A stretch of DNA of 64,000 bases. Source: Zygnema circumcarinatum SAG 698-1b (Eukaryota > Plantae > Zygnematophyceae). Positions 1 through 11,888 of the stretch are shown piece after piece; the stretch's first letter is position 1, and the number at the start of each line of letters is the position of its first letter. The stretch is from positions 372,001 to 436,000 of the forward strand of contig CM074813.1 in the NCBI GenBank assembly GCA_037447605.1. Reading direction: 5' to 3'. The translations under genes were made by a program, and so were the position numbers. The notes beneath the pieces were generated by a model. The model was given only the letters and a program-made list of their open reading frames with translations, was not told where the DNA came from and did no database searches.

Positions 1-152
1 AACAGACATTAGGCCACAGTCGAAAAGTCCCAGTCTGCAAAGTGGGAGAGGCAGCAGTTGAGAGGGAGCGGTTGAGGGAGAGAGAGAGACACAGGGGGAG
101 AGAGAGAGAGGGAGAGGGAGAGAGAGGGGGAGAGAGAGGGAGAGGGAGAGAG

Positions 153-621
153 ATGGCTGCATTCAGCGGAAGAACGGCGGTGGCGGGCGTGCTTTGCGCC
201 ATTTTGCTTCACCTTCTGCCGCCCGCCGTGGTATGTGATTTCGCTCTCAGGGGAGGGAGAAATGGAAGCAAAGGGAAGAATTTTAATGGAACTAAGAGCT
301 GTATCGACCGGAAGTGGTTGAGAAAGTGATGGAAACTGTCCCACAACATGATGACGTGTATTAGAATCACGAAAAAATGAAAATGGATGTGTCAAATCAA
401 CTAAGTGAAGAGGAAATGTGAAGCGTACAACTTTTAGTTTCTTTACATGCTGGTTTTTTTTCATCTATCATGAAATGCATCAATTTCCAAGTTTTTGAGT
501 TCCTGACCGAGAGGGGGAGGAGGGGTGCAGAGCGGCAGCACCATCAACGGAAACGTCTATTGCGACACCTGCTTGGATGGCATGTACAACGAAAAAGACA
601 TTCCCGCCACTTACAGTCCCG

Positions 622-714
<93 letters not shown>

Positions 715-715
715 T

Positions 716-747
<32 letters not shown>

Positions 748-2971
748 GTGTCTACGGCCTGGATTCCACTTTTTGCATACTCCATAGGGCTCGTCTCCAC
801 GCTAAACTGCTAAATATTCGAAAAGAATGAAATTTTCAACCAAAAGTCTCCCCAGTTTGCCAATTCTGAATCGCTACGTCAAAAAAATCCATCTTGCAGA
901 TCACGGTGAACTGCACAATCTCCTCCGGCGCGATCTTCAAGACCACCAAGTATGTGCTGGCGACCGGTGGGACTGATGGCGACGGAAACTTCAGAGTACG
1001 AACTTCTGATTCATGACTTGTGACTCTTTGATAGGCTTACTTCTTTCTTGGATACTGTGCTTAAACGAAAGAATCTGGCTCCATGCTATTGAATATTGTA
1101 ACTGAATGAATGCATGCATCTGCTCCGGCTGCAGCTCTCATTGAAGAGCGGCTCTGGCGCATCAAATTCGGCCTCTGCCGAATCGGTCTTCAAGAACACT
1201 CTCTTCGTCAGCGGAAATCCGAGTTTAGGAACGCTTCCAAATGCGCGAGTGGAGGCATGCTCCGTGAAAGTGGACTGCGACGATTGTCCGATTGCCATAA
1301 TGAACGATGGCCAATGCAATGCCGGGGGCAAGCTGGTGAGCTCCCTCTCCCTTGCTCTCTCTCTCTCTTTCACAGACTCGCTCTGTAGCTCCTCTCTCTC
1401 TTTCTCGCTCGTTGCCTCTCTAACTCCTCTCTCCCACTCTCCCTTCGCCCCGCAACCCTTCTCTTTACTTGTCACAGCTTCTCTCACTCGCTACCATCCA
1501 ACTCCTCTATTTTCCTTCTCTCTCTTGACTGCATCACTCGCCTTTCCACTCATCACTTGACTTATGAGACATGTCAATCATTCGCCTTCTGACATGCATC
1601 CTTTCTCTTACAAGGAAAGCTAAGTCGTGCTCTTCATGTGTCGATTTGTGCAGGGCAATGGATACACCGGCAATGTGCAACTCGCAAACATTGGGTCCAC
1701 AGGTGCCGACATTGTAATCAACAACCGCATCTGCTATGCGCCTCGTGAGCGTGACGAGGACTGCCCTGCTGAAGCTCCTCCTCCTCCCGGGGGGGAGGGA
1801 GACCCGCACTACACTGGGGCGGATGGGTCCCACTTCGACTTCTCAGGTGGGCAATACACATGTCATATCAGACAAACATATTCTCAACTAGTTTTGCTTT
1901 GAATTCGTATTAATTGTTACAATTAGCGACAAAGCGATGGGCTGACATGACCATGACATTCCTTGCAGGCGAACCCAACGCAACCTTCTGCTTGGTCAGT
2001 GACTCACACCTCCACATCAACGCGTTCTATGCGGGCCGCTACGGCCGGTGGGGCGATAACCCCCACAAGGCCCTCACATGGATCCGCCAAATCGGCATTC
2101 TGTGGGGCCACCACACCATTGTGCTGGCGGTGCGCGAGGGCGCCAGGTGGCAGTACGACACTGGCTACATGGCGCGCATTGCCATCGACGGTGAAGAGGT
2201 GCGCCTCGGCCAGGCGGGCGACTTCACTCAGCGCGCCAACGGCGATATTGAAGTGCGATGGGTGGCGGCAAAACTGCAGAGTGGGGACGATTTGATCGAT
2301 GTGTACCAGATCACTATTGGAGAAGTGCTCAAGTTGAGATTGAAGCTACGACCAGAGATTGCAATGTTGAGGACAGACACCGATGGGTTGGTCCATTTGG
2401 ACTTTGAGGTGCCCGTGGCGGACTTGTCGGATGGAGCGCACGGAGTCCTTGGACAAACCTTCCGCTCCGACCATAGGGATCGCCTGTGAGTGCTTTGCAA
2501 CACCACACCACACCACACTCTGTCTTAAAAAAAAAAAAAAAAAAAACCCCTATGGTTTGTCATCGGGATGTAAGCTTGATCGTGCTGTAAACACTTGCCT
2601 TGGGTCTTCAAAAGTCCCATTCCGTGCTGGATACAAGCAAGGTTTCCGGCATGAAGGCGTTCGCATTCACACCTTGTTGGGCTATGCTTTTGGGTGACAG
2701 TGCGAAGCAAACATTGGAGTACAGCGAGCTTCTTCGGACCGATGTGGTGCCGGGCGACAATGCTGAAGGTTTCCTCGACGGCAGCGTGGCTGACTACAAG
2801 TCCTCCTCCCTCCTTCGCGCAGACTGCAAGTATGCGCGCTTTGCGCGGGCAGCAGCGCGCGATGCGGAGACGGCGCAGGCCTTTGAGCTCACGTCCCCGA
2901 GTGTCACGAGCATGCTCAACGAAGGGCCGAGATCGATCGGGGTGAACAGGAGGCGAAGACGTTTCGCCTAA
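153..2971 (+). CDS. Secreted protein with N-terminal Pollen Ole e 1-like (PAC-like) domain and C-terminal Root_cap (LEA-related/root cap) domain
   Basis: Phase-consistent GT-AG exons: 153-230, 531-620, 900-995, 1135-1335, 1654-1846, 1969-2485, 2701-2971. Hydrophobic leader MAAFSGRTAVAGVLCAILLHLLPPAV. Ole e 1-type pattern NGNVYCDTC...VNC...GTDGDGNFRL...CSVKV. Root_cap hallmarks GDPHYTGADGSHFDFSGEPNATFCLVSDSHLHINA, HGVLGQTFR and DYKSSSLLRADCKYARF. Confidence 0.85.
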
Positions 2972-3452
2972 GTTTGAGTGCGAGGGAGGGAGGCTCTTGG
3001 GGCGCGTCCTCGCCTCTTCGGCATGTCCATGGAAAGGGGAAAGGGGAAAGAGGTCATTCTTAAGATGATTTCATGCCGTTGGTGGTTTGACATTACTGAA
3101 CGTCTGTGAATTGGTTAGGTTAGCAGCGTGTGGCATAGTTTGGGAGGGTGTTAGAGCTCACATTCACAAGCGAATGGAAGAGATTCGCAATTCATTTTTT
3201 TTTTTCCATAGTTGTTTTTTTCTATGGTATATATATATATTATGCGTTGGACATCTCCTTTCAAGACAGAAAGAGTGTTCGTCCAAATCAGTAGGAACAA
3301 AATGAACGGTGGGATTGTTCAAACCCTTTCTTTCAATATACTAAGGTTTGCGTTTGCGCAAATATGGCAGTGTCCTCCAAGCTCTGGTTCAACTCTTTCC
3401 TGCGAATCTGCTTGTATGGCCAGCTCTGGCTTCTTCCAGGAATGGCCGTTAA

Positions 3453-3979
<527 letters not shown>

Positions 3980-4474
3980 CTTTATTTATTGAACGAACAA
4001 ATAGAACTACGCGTTTGCCCACTACATTCCATGCATGCGATTTTTTTTTGCCGAATTTTTCAAACAGCCTGTCTGGCCAATAGCAGTCACTGCTGCGACT
4101 TCTCAGCATCTTCAGCATTGTTTTGAACAATTCTTCACTTTCACATGTTTTGTATTGCCAACAATAGGGGGAGACAGACCTTGACCATCGCCAAGTCAAT
4201 TTCGTAAGCCTGTCGGGCGAATTAAACATTGGCTAGGTACGCATTTCGGTACGGCCGCGCTCGGCGGAGCCGCGGATCCCGATCCGGAATTCGTACACGA
4301 AAGAAGTGACTTTTAGTATAAGGAATTTGGGAATTTCGTAAGCGATGGTCAAGGTCTGACTCCCCCTAATACCCGCATGTCACGTCACATGACGGTTCTA
4401 GTTCGGAATCGAATCCGTCCTCACAGTGCCATGTGCGCTCCGTTCCGTTGCCCGTTGCCCGTCATCCGTTGTGT

Positions 4475-4645
4475 CCACGTGGCGTCAGTTCGCACTTCGA
4501 CGCTGCGGTCGCCAATGATTGGCTATCTCGCACTATTTCCCACGTGGCGTCCTGTCATTGGACCCTCGTTGAAATCGTATGAATGTACGGCGCCGCCGCC
4601 GCGTCTCGACAAATCCTGCCGCCAGCCGCCTTGCCTCCATATAAG
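4475..4645 (+). promoter_or_regulatory. Putative promoter: two CCACGTGGC G-box/ABRE elements, paired CCAAT palindrome and TATA-like box
   Basis: CCACGTGGC at 4475 and 4540, GCCAATGATTGGC at 4511-4523, and TATAA at 4640, upstream of the ATG at 4783. Confidence 0.5.
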
Positions 4646-4782
4646 GCCTTCCACACGCGCGCGCCGCCGCCACCTTTTGGCCCTCCTTCCTTCCCCTCCC
4701 CCTCCCCCTTCCCCTCCCCTCCATTCACAAATCACAACAAGACAGGTGGCTACAACCCACTGAAGTTCGTCCAGTGGCAGCC

Positions 4783-5013
4783 ATGGCGCTCTTCCTCGCC
4801 CTCTGCGACTCCTACAAGCTCGACAGCTGTCCCGACAGCGCCCGCCCGCAGCTAGAGACGCTGGAGGCCTACGAGTGCGCGGAAAACGTGGCGTGCATGG
4901 CGGCGGCAATGCTGGCGGAGGGGGTCGCCGCGCTCCTCAATTTGGTGCCCAACTTTTTGGAGGGGGAGGAGGAGAGGAGGGGGCCAGAGGAGGGGAAGGC
5001 AAAGATCTGCTGA
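4783..5013 (+). CDS. Small intronless protein of unknown function (76 aa)
   Basis: ATG in GCCATGG context, strong GC3-biased codon use, non-repetitive sequence and an upstream TATA/G-box promoter. No family recognised. Confidence 0.6.
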   Translation: MALFLALCDSYKLDSCPDSARPQLETLEAYECAENVACMAAAMLAEGVAALLNLVPNFLEGEEERRGPEEGKAKIC

Positions 5014-5814
5014 CAACTGAGAGGTGGACCGGCGGGAAACATTACTTTTTTTTTGTTGCTATGTGATTTTTATGTTTGATTTATATTTATCCATTTTTCA
5101 TAGGTTACTTCCAGACATTAGAAAGTACCAAAGGGGGTCATTTTTTATTTTAGAAAGGCGGTGATTTTCTCGTTTCAACTCGTCTTTCGTTCCCCCCTCC
5201 ATTACCCTATCTCCCCCTCTTTCATTTGAACGATCTTTCCCTCCTTCCCGGCAGGCAGTCTCCTCACTCTATTTATTTTTCTCCACTGTTTATTATCCTG
5301 CACACTTTGCTTTTTTCTCCCCCCATCCCCCTTACTCCCTCGTTCCTAGTACTTTATAATTTCTCCTGCTCCTCTTTTCCCTTTCCTCCTCCTCCACCCT
5401 CACCTTATACATGTTCCAGCCCTTATTACCGAGAGATGCTCTGTTCATTTTTCTCACTGCTGACTCCTTTCTTCCGTTCAGGTGTCCTTTATAACTCCTA
5501 GTCCCAAATTCGCCCTCTACCTTCCGTATGAAATAGTTTTCTCCACATCAATCTTCTCTTCTCTAGATATAGCAGACACCTTCGTTGAACGCAAAATGCA
5601 GAACTAGCATTAGTTTTTAGAACTCCTCCTTGAAACTTTGAACCCTACGCACATAGTCAACTAGAATGTAAATTGAATTTCGTAGAAAGAGAGACGGAGA
5701 GACACACAAACCACGACAAAAAATTCAGAGGGAGACCGACAGAGAGAGAGAGTGGGAGCGAGTAAGGGAGAGAGAGAGAGAGAGTTAAGGAAGAAAGAGA
5801 GATCTGGTCCCATC

Positions 5815-8802
5815 ATGGCACTCCACCAAAATGGAAACCCAGAAATGGAGATCGTTTCCATCCCTGCGGCTAAGGGAGAAGGCTCCTCCTCCCGCGAGCA
5901 TTTGCGGTTTCCTCTCCCGACCATGTACATTGTGGCGAACGAGTTTTGCGAGCGCTTCTCGTTCTATGGAATGCGCACGATTCTGGCGCTCTATGTGGCG
6001 AACGAGCTCGGTTTCGGTGACGTCAGCGCCACAGAAATTGTGTCCCTTTTCACGGCGGCGGCGTACTTCACTCCGCTCCTCGGCGGCTACATCAGCGACA
6101 GCCTCATTGTGAGCATGCATGCATGCATGCATACATAAATTTCTGTATGGCATGTATGCATGATGTAGATGGGCATATGTATGTTACTGCCTTGAGTATG
6201 TAGGGCATGATCGATAAGATGTGTTGATCTTTGGGGCAGAAAAACCTGAACGTTGAGATTAAGTCCTCCAAGAACGCAAAATTATGATTGTTGTCGAGTT
6301 CCTTGAGATGCTCTGTCTCTCTCTCTCTCTCTCTCTCTCCCTCTCTCTCTTTCTCTCTTTCTCTCTTTCTCTCTTTCTCTCTTTCTCTCTCTCTCTCCAT
6401 CTCTCTCGCTCTTCCTATTCCCCAGTCGTCTCTGACTTCAGCTTTTTTCACAGCCTTCCAAATATTCTTCTCCCTTTCCACCTAGCACTCCCGCGTCATC
6501 TATCCCTTTCAAAATTATGCTTCCCCTCATTTTTCCAAACTTTTCCTTTCTGGCTTTTCCTGCTCTTGGAATTTTGCCACTCCACCTCATTCCCTCCCCT
6601 CTTAAGTCTCACCCTCTTGCGTTTCCACGTGCGCACTTCACTCCTGTTTCTATAACAGCAATCTTAGTACGAAATGCGCTTTCCCTGCAGGGTAAATACT
6701 CGACAATTCTCTACTTATGTATACTCTACTGCGTCGGAAACTGGACCCTCACGTACTCCGCTGTCAAAGCGGAAAGCGTTCCGTCGAGTAACGGAACGGC
6801 GACCAGTTACGCCTTCCTTGGACTCTTCCTGATAGCTCTCGGGACAGGTGGCATTAAACCGTGCGTTTCAGCTTTTGGAGGGGATCAAATTACAGGAAAT
6901 TTTCCTCCAGGCGCTGCCCGAGAAAGATTATTGACCTCCTTCTTTTCCGCATTTTATTTCGCTATCAATGCTGGGGCCGGACTTTCGACTTTCTTTACTC
7001 CGTGGATCCGAACTTCGGTTTCGTATTCTGCGGCGTTCGCATTACCAGCTGTTCTCATGATGATTTCTGTTCTGATTTTCTGGAGCGGGAGGAATCAATA
7101 TATTCATCGTCCACCTAGAGAAAGCCTATTTTTCAACGTTGTGAAAATCATAGCAGAAGGCCTTTTTCCCAAAAGCGCACAATTAAGCGGAATTGAGACC
7201 GTTGGAGCCGGTTTTGAACATAACAGTAACGGAAAAATGGGTTCAGAAGAAAAAAAAAATGAAATGGAATCAGAAGGGAGCATGAAGGGGCCTTCACGAT
7301 TGTTTGGAGCGATCGAGGAGGATAAAATTGGAGAAGAACATGACAAGAAGGAGAAAGATAGGGAAGATAAGGTTGTATTGGGAACGGAAGATTACAGATG
7401 GCTCGATCGGGCCAAGGGAAAGTATCATTGGGAAGATGTAGAGGACGTTAAGAAGCTTTTGAGAGTTATAACATTGTTCATTCCTGCGTCCATTTTCTGG
7501 TGTCTGTACGATCAGCAAGCCACCGTTTGGGTCTTTCAAGCAGAGGAAATGGATGGGACGTTTGGCGATTGGGTGATCGAGCCAGACCAGATGCAGGTAA
7601 GGGTGGGGGAGTAGGTGCAGGGAGCGAAGAGGAGGGGTGAGAGGAAGGAGGAGAGGAGTTGAGAAAGAGAAAGGGAGTGAGGGAGTGAGTCAGGGTGGGG
7701 GTGGAAGAATGACACGGTAAGAGACTGGAAGCGAAGGGGCAGCGGGAGGGGCAGGGAGAGAGGTAAGTGGATAAAAGAGAGAGTCCCCCGTGCCGCGCTG
7801 TCTTTTTTTCTCTCTTCTCTCCCTCCCATACTCCCCCACTCTCTCTACTCTTGCATCCTCTCCCGTGTCCCTCCCCTCCTCACTTCCGCTCTTCCTCCCC
7901 CTCCTGTCCTCTCCCTCCCCCCTCTCTCCTCCTGTTCCAACTCTCTCTACCCCCTTCCTTTGCTTACAGACGATCAACGCGGTCGGTATCCTCCTCTTCA
8001 TACCTCTCTTCAACGGCTGCATTTACCCCTCCCTCGAAAGGACGATCTTTTCTCTCTACCCGCTCCGTAGAATCATCGTCGGCATGTTTCTATGCGCCCT
8101 TTCCTTCGTCATGGCAGGAATTTTGCAATGCGCGATTGACAGATCGACGGCCTCGACAACGACGCTTGGGAACATTTCATTGGTCACATCGGACGTCGCA
8201 ACAGTCCAACGCATTTCCATGCTGTGGCAAGTTCCACAGTATGTTGTAATTACGGCTGCAGAAATTCTGTTCAGTATCACGGGGCTCGAACTGGCGTATT
8301 CTTTGGCTCCCCCCGCCATGTCATCCATTGTGACGTCGTTTTGGCTTCTCACAGACACCGGAGGTTCGTAAAAAATCATTCAGTTTTCCTCTTCTGTTGT
8401 GTTTTTCTCGTCTTTCATTTTCTTACAACGCGTTCATCTAGAAATGTGGTGGGAATTGAAGAAGAGAGGAAGGAAGGGGAGGGGAAGAGAGGTAGGGAGA
8501 GGGGAGGGAGGGAGGCGACGCAGGAGATAATAGAGGAGAACGCTGCAGAAAGAAGATGAGACTGTCCCCGTCCCCCACTTTTTAACTGATGGTTGAAATG
8601 TTGGGCCACGGACGGGCTTTCAGGTAATTTAATTACAATTTTTCTCGTGGCGATAATGAGCGAAAACTTGGGCGAAGCGGTTCAGGCGTTCGTATTTGCA
8701 GGATTGGGGTTTGTAGGGTGGGTCATATTTCTGTGGATAGGATTTAAAATCCCCTTTGAGCGAGAAAGGAGAGTTGATCTTGGTGGCTCGGCAGAAACAT
8801 AG
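5815..8802 (+). CDS. Proton-dependent oligopeptide transporter (POT/PTR family, MFS)
   Basis: Exons 5815-6108, 6691-7596, 7970-8363, 8624-8802. Motifs NEFCERFSFYGMR (ExxER), LLGGYISDS, GTGGIKPCVSAFGGDQ, FYFAINAG, WQVPQY, EILFSITGLE and GNLI. Confidence 0.93.
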
Positions 8803-9182
8803 TTGTAAATGTGATGTGGAATTAGAGGAGGCAATGAATCGGGGTGGAGTTGATTCCACTCTCCCTACTCAGCTTGGTAGCTTTTAGTCCATTATTAGGT
8901 TTTTTGCTTTCTTTGATTCTGTGTATGGCAGGTAGCTTTAAAATTGCCATACTTTAAAAGTGACGACCGAGATATGAGCAGATCATTGATTAGAAAGTTG
9001 AGTTCATTCGACATCATATTGTACAGTCACACTGATTGAATTTAAAACAACGGAAACATAAACCATCCTTGTCCAAATGTACGATCGTTTCAGTTTAATG
9101 TTACAGCACGGAACCCTTAATGCTCACCAATATACAAAGTCCAAAACTGTAATTCCTTCACTTGCTTAAGCTACACTTTTCC

Positions 9183-10404
9183 TTACCATCCCCAAGACCC
9201 TGGACCTCCCTTGAATGGTCCCACAATATCAGAAGTGATCCAACCCCCATAGAACCCTCCAGGTTGCGGTTGAACTTTTTCTCCTCCAACAGTACAGAAA
9301 TCCATAGGAGCACAATAAAATGCAATGTGGGATGTAATGGGTATAAATGGGGTAGAAGGGTTCTCATAGCTCCACGCTACCTTGTCCGCCGAGCGGTTTC
9401 CGACAGTCAGTGACCAATAAGTGGCCGAACCCTTCCACTCACAAAATGAGCTCCCGGGAACCTTCCTCATGTATTGCATTTTGATATCCTTCTGTAATAG
9501 AATAGGGTAATGAGAGAGGGAGGGGGGGGGTGGGGGGGGGGGGAGAGAGAAAGAGAGAGAGANNNNNNNNNNGGGGGGGGGGGAGAGAGAAAGAGAGAGA
9601 GAGAGGGGGGGAGGAGAGAGAGAAAGAGAGAGTGAGAGAGGCGGGGGGAGGAGAGAGAGAAAGAGAGAGAGGGAGGGGAGAAGGGGCTTATAAGTGAGGA
9701 AAAACATCTCGGAGGAATTTCCCAGAAATATTTTTTCATTTACGAAAAAATAGCAGTGTGACTTTGGTGAGGTGAGTTGAAAGCATAAGAAAGGAATAAA
9801 ACAGAAAGGAAACAAATGTAAAACATAACCAATTATAAACCAAATCTGTCTCTAACCGAATCAAACTCTGAACCTCAACTGAAAACCTTCAAGCCTCATT
9901 TACTCACCACTCACCAGTAAAAAAAAAAACCTGAAACCCGGTACCCATCTTAAACCCTAAATCCCCACTAAAGACCGCCAGCCCAAACAAGGCCCTGAAC
10001 CCTCTCACCTGCGGAATGTAGTACACAGGCGGGTGGCTTGTCTCCAGCACACGGAACGCCTCCGATGTGTCAGCAATCAGTTCGCCGTTAAACTGAATCT
10101 TTATGTTTTTCTGCGTTTTTTCAAGACGTGGCGGGCGGGGATAGTCCCACACGGACTCCTGCCCTTCCTTGGGGGGGGTACGGACAGTCGCCATGGCCAA
10201 AGGAGAGGCGACAGGTGGCAGCACGTGCAGACGCGCAACACGTGGACGAATCAAAGAGCGGAGAAATGGGTCGGCACTGGACGACAGCGACACGTGGCGT
10301 GACGGCTGGGGGCGGTGGCAGAGTCGGACGGATGAGGTGGCGAGAGCCTGACACGTGGCAAGCGGGAGGAGGGAGCGAGAAGCGGAGGAAGAAGTAAGGA
10401 GCAT
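9183..10404 (-). CDS. DUF427 (NTP_transf_9-like) domain protein with predicted organellar transit peptide
   Basis: Exons 10404-10009 and 9491-9183 (phase 0). Motifs ESVWDYPRPPRLE, RVLETSHPPVYYIP, SFCEWKG, AWSYENP and QPGGFYGGWIT. The ~70-aa leader is Ser/Arg/Leu/Ala-rich and almost free of acidic residues. Confidence 0.9.
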
Positions 10405-10435
10405 GGCTCACAGGGAGGGCTGCGGAGGAGGATTT

Positions 10436-10555
10436 TTAGGGTTAAGGTTAGGGTTAGGGTTAGGGTTAGGGTTAGGGTTAGGGTTGGGGTTTGGGTTAGG
10501 GTTTGGGTTAGGGTTTGGGTTAGGGTTAGGGTTTGGGTTAGGGTTAGGGTTAGGG
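10436..10555. repeat. Telomere-like (TTAGGG)n array of 20 in-phase hexamers
   Basis: 14 perfect TTAGGG units plus TTTGGG/TTAAGG/TTGGGG variants in strict 6-nt phase, 32 bp upstream of the DUF427 start codon. Confidence 0.95.
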
Positions 10556-11888
10556 TTTAAGGATGGAGGGGTGATATGAAGGCCTAGTTTTAGGGTTTGC
10601 GGCTATTTGAGGTTAATTTGGCCTTGGCCTATTTGGCCTTGTATTTGATTGGTGAATTTGGGGGAGCGAGAACGTCCAAGTTCAAGGAACCGAATTGGCT
10701 TCCTTTGGCATGCGATGTACTAGAATGAAAAGTTATATCGAAGTAATAACCTTGATTAGTTAAGCGCGTACTAAGAATCTCATTCATGTTGATGGCTATG
10801 AAAGGTAAGAATTTTCATGCATCAATCAATTTCACTCATGAATGTGGGGGGCTATCTCAATGGGCTATGCATGTACCATCCATGTGGAAATGTGCGAGCG
10901 TGTTAAGACATCATGTCATTGAGCCTATTCATGGTCAAATGCGACGAAGTGCAAAATGTTAAACATGCGGTTGGCATGACCCATGTTCGAACTTCGCACA
11001 AATCCATCCGTACTGTACGGCACCCCAAAGCAATTGATTGTTCGGCCACCGCCAATGGAGAGATGTGCTTGACGATATACCGCGGGATATCGCATGACAT
11101 ACGATACAGTACAGTAGAAAGCAACATAGAACATGAGACAGGTGTCAAACGAAACACGCTAGAGACACAATGTCAAAGATTAGGGAGACAGCTCTTCACA
11201 CCAACATTGAAATTTCCTTGATACTTCGCCCACTTGACATTACAGTACCCGAACTTGTTCCTCAAATGTCTTGATGACTACCACACCACTGCTAGGAAAC
11301 AAGAAATCCAAAATAAAACATGTGCCTATAGATTATTAGAGTTTCACAACCACAAACCTCTATCAAGAAGTAAGTGAAAGTAAAACTCAAAATTCGCCAA
11401 AATGTTTTTATCCCCTTCATTCGTACAGAACATCCCCCCATGACTGTGAACTGTACGGACAACCCATATTCTACCCCAAACAAGGAAGTCAAAACCTTCC
11501 TGCTAAGTCGCCGAGCGCAGATGAAACCTGAAGCCAAAATTCTGACGACTTTCACGAATCCGAAAACCACGAGCGAAACCTTTCAGTCCGAGCACCGCCT
11601 GGTCGTAGTATACAAACGAAACCTTCACCTTCCATCCGAGTTCATCTTTTCAATCATCGCGATGGCAGCTCCAAAATGTGTCTGCACAAAAAAAGTGAAA
11701 TTGAAACACCCCAGATTACTTTCAACCTTAAAATGCTGCGACCCTCTCCCTCCCGATCGCCTCAATTGAAGAAAAATCCACTACTTCCATGATACGACCC
11801 ATAGTGGAATAGGGAATGAAAAATTCGCTGTAAAACAGAGGTAAAGCTGCATCACAAGCCCTCCCTTCACAGACCCCCCTACTCACCT

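Noticed and set aside
4250-4296. Cluster of restriction-site palindromes (EagI, SacII, BamHI, BspEI, EcoRI) resembling a polylinker
   Set aside because: I do not recognise it as a known vector or adaptor order, and it is continuous with the flanking genomic sequence. Probably chance in CG-rich promoter DNA. A UniVec search would settle it.
10903-11769. ORFs of 84-131 aa between DUF427 and paralogue A
   Set aside because: No motifs or codon bias. More simply 3'UTR/intron of paralogue A and DUF427 promoter.
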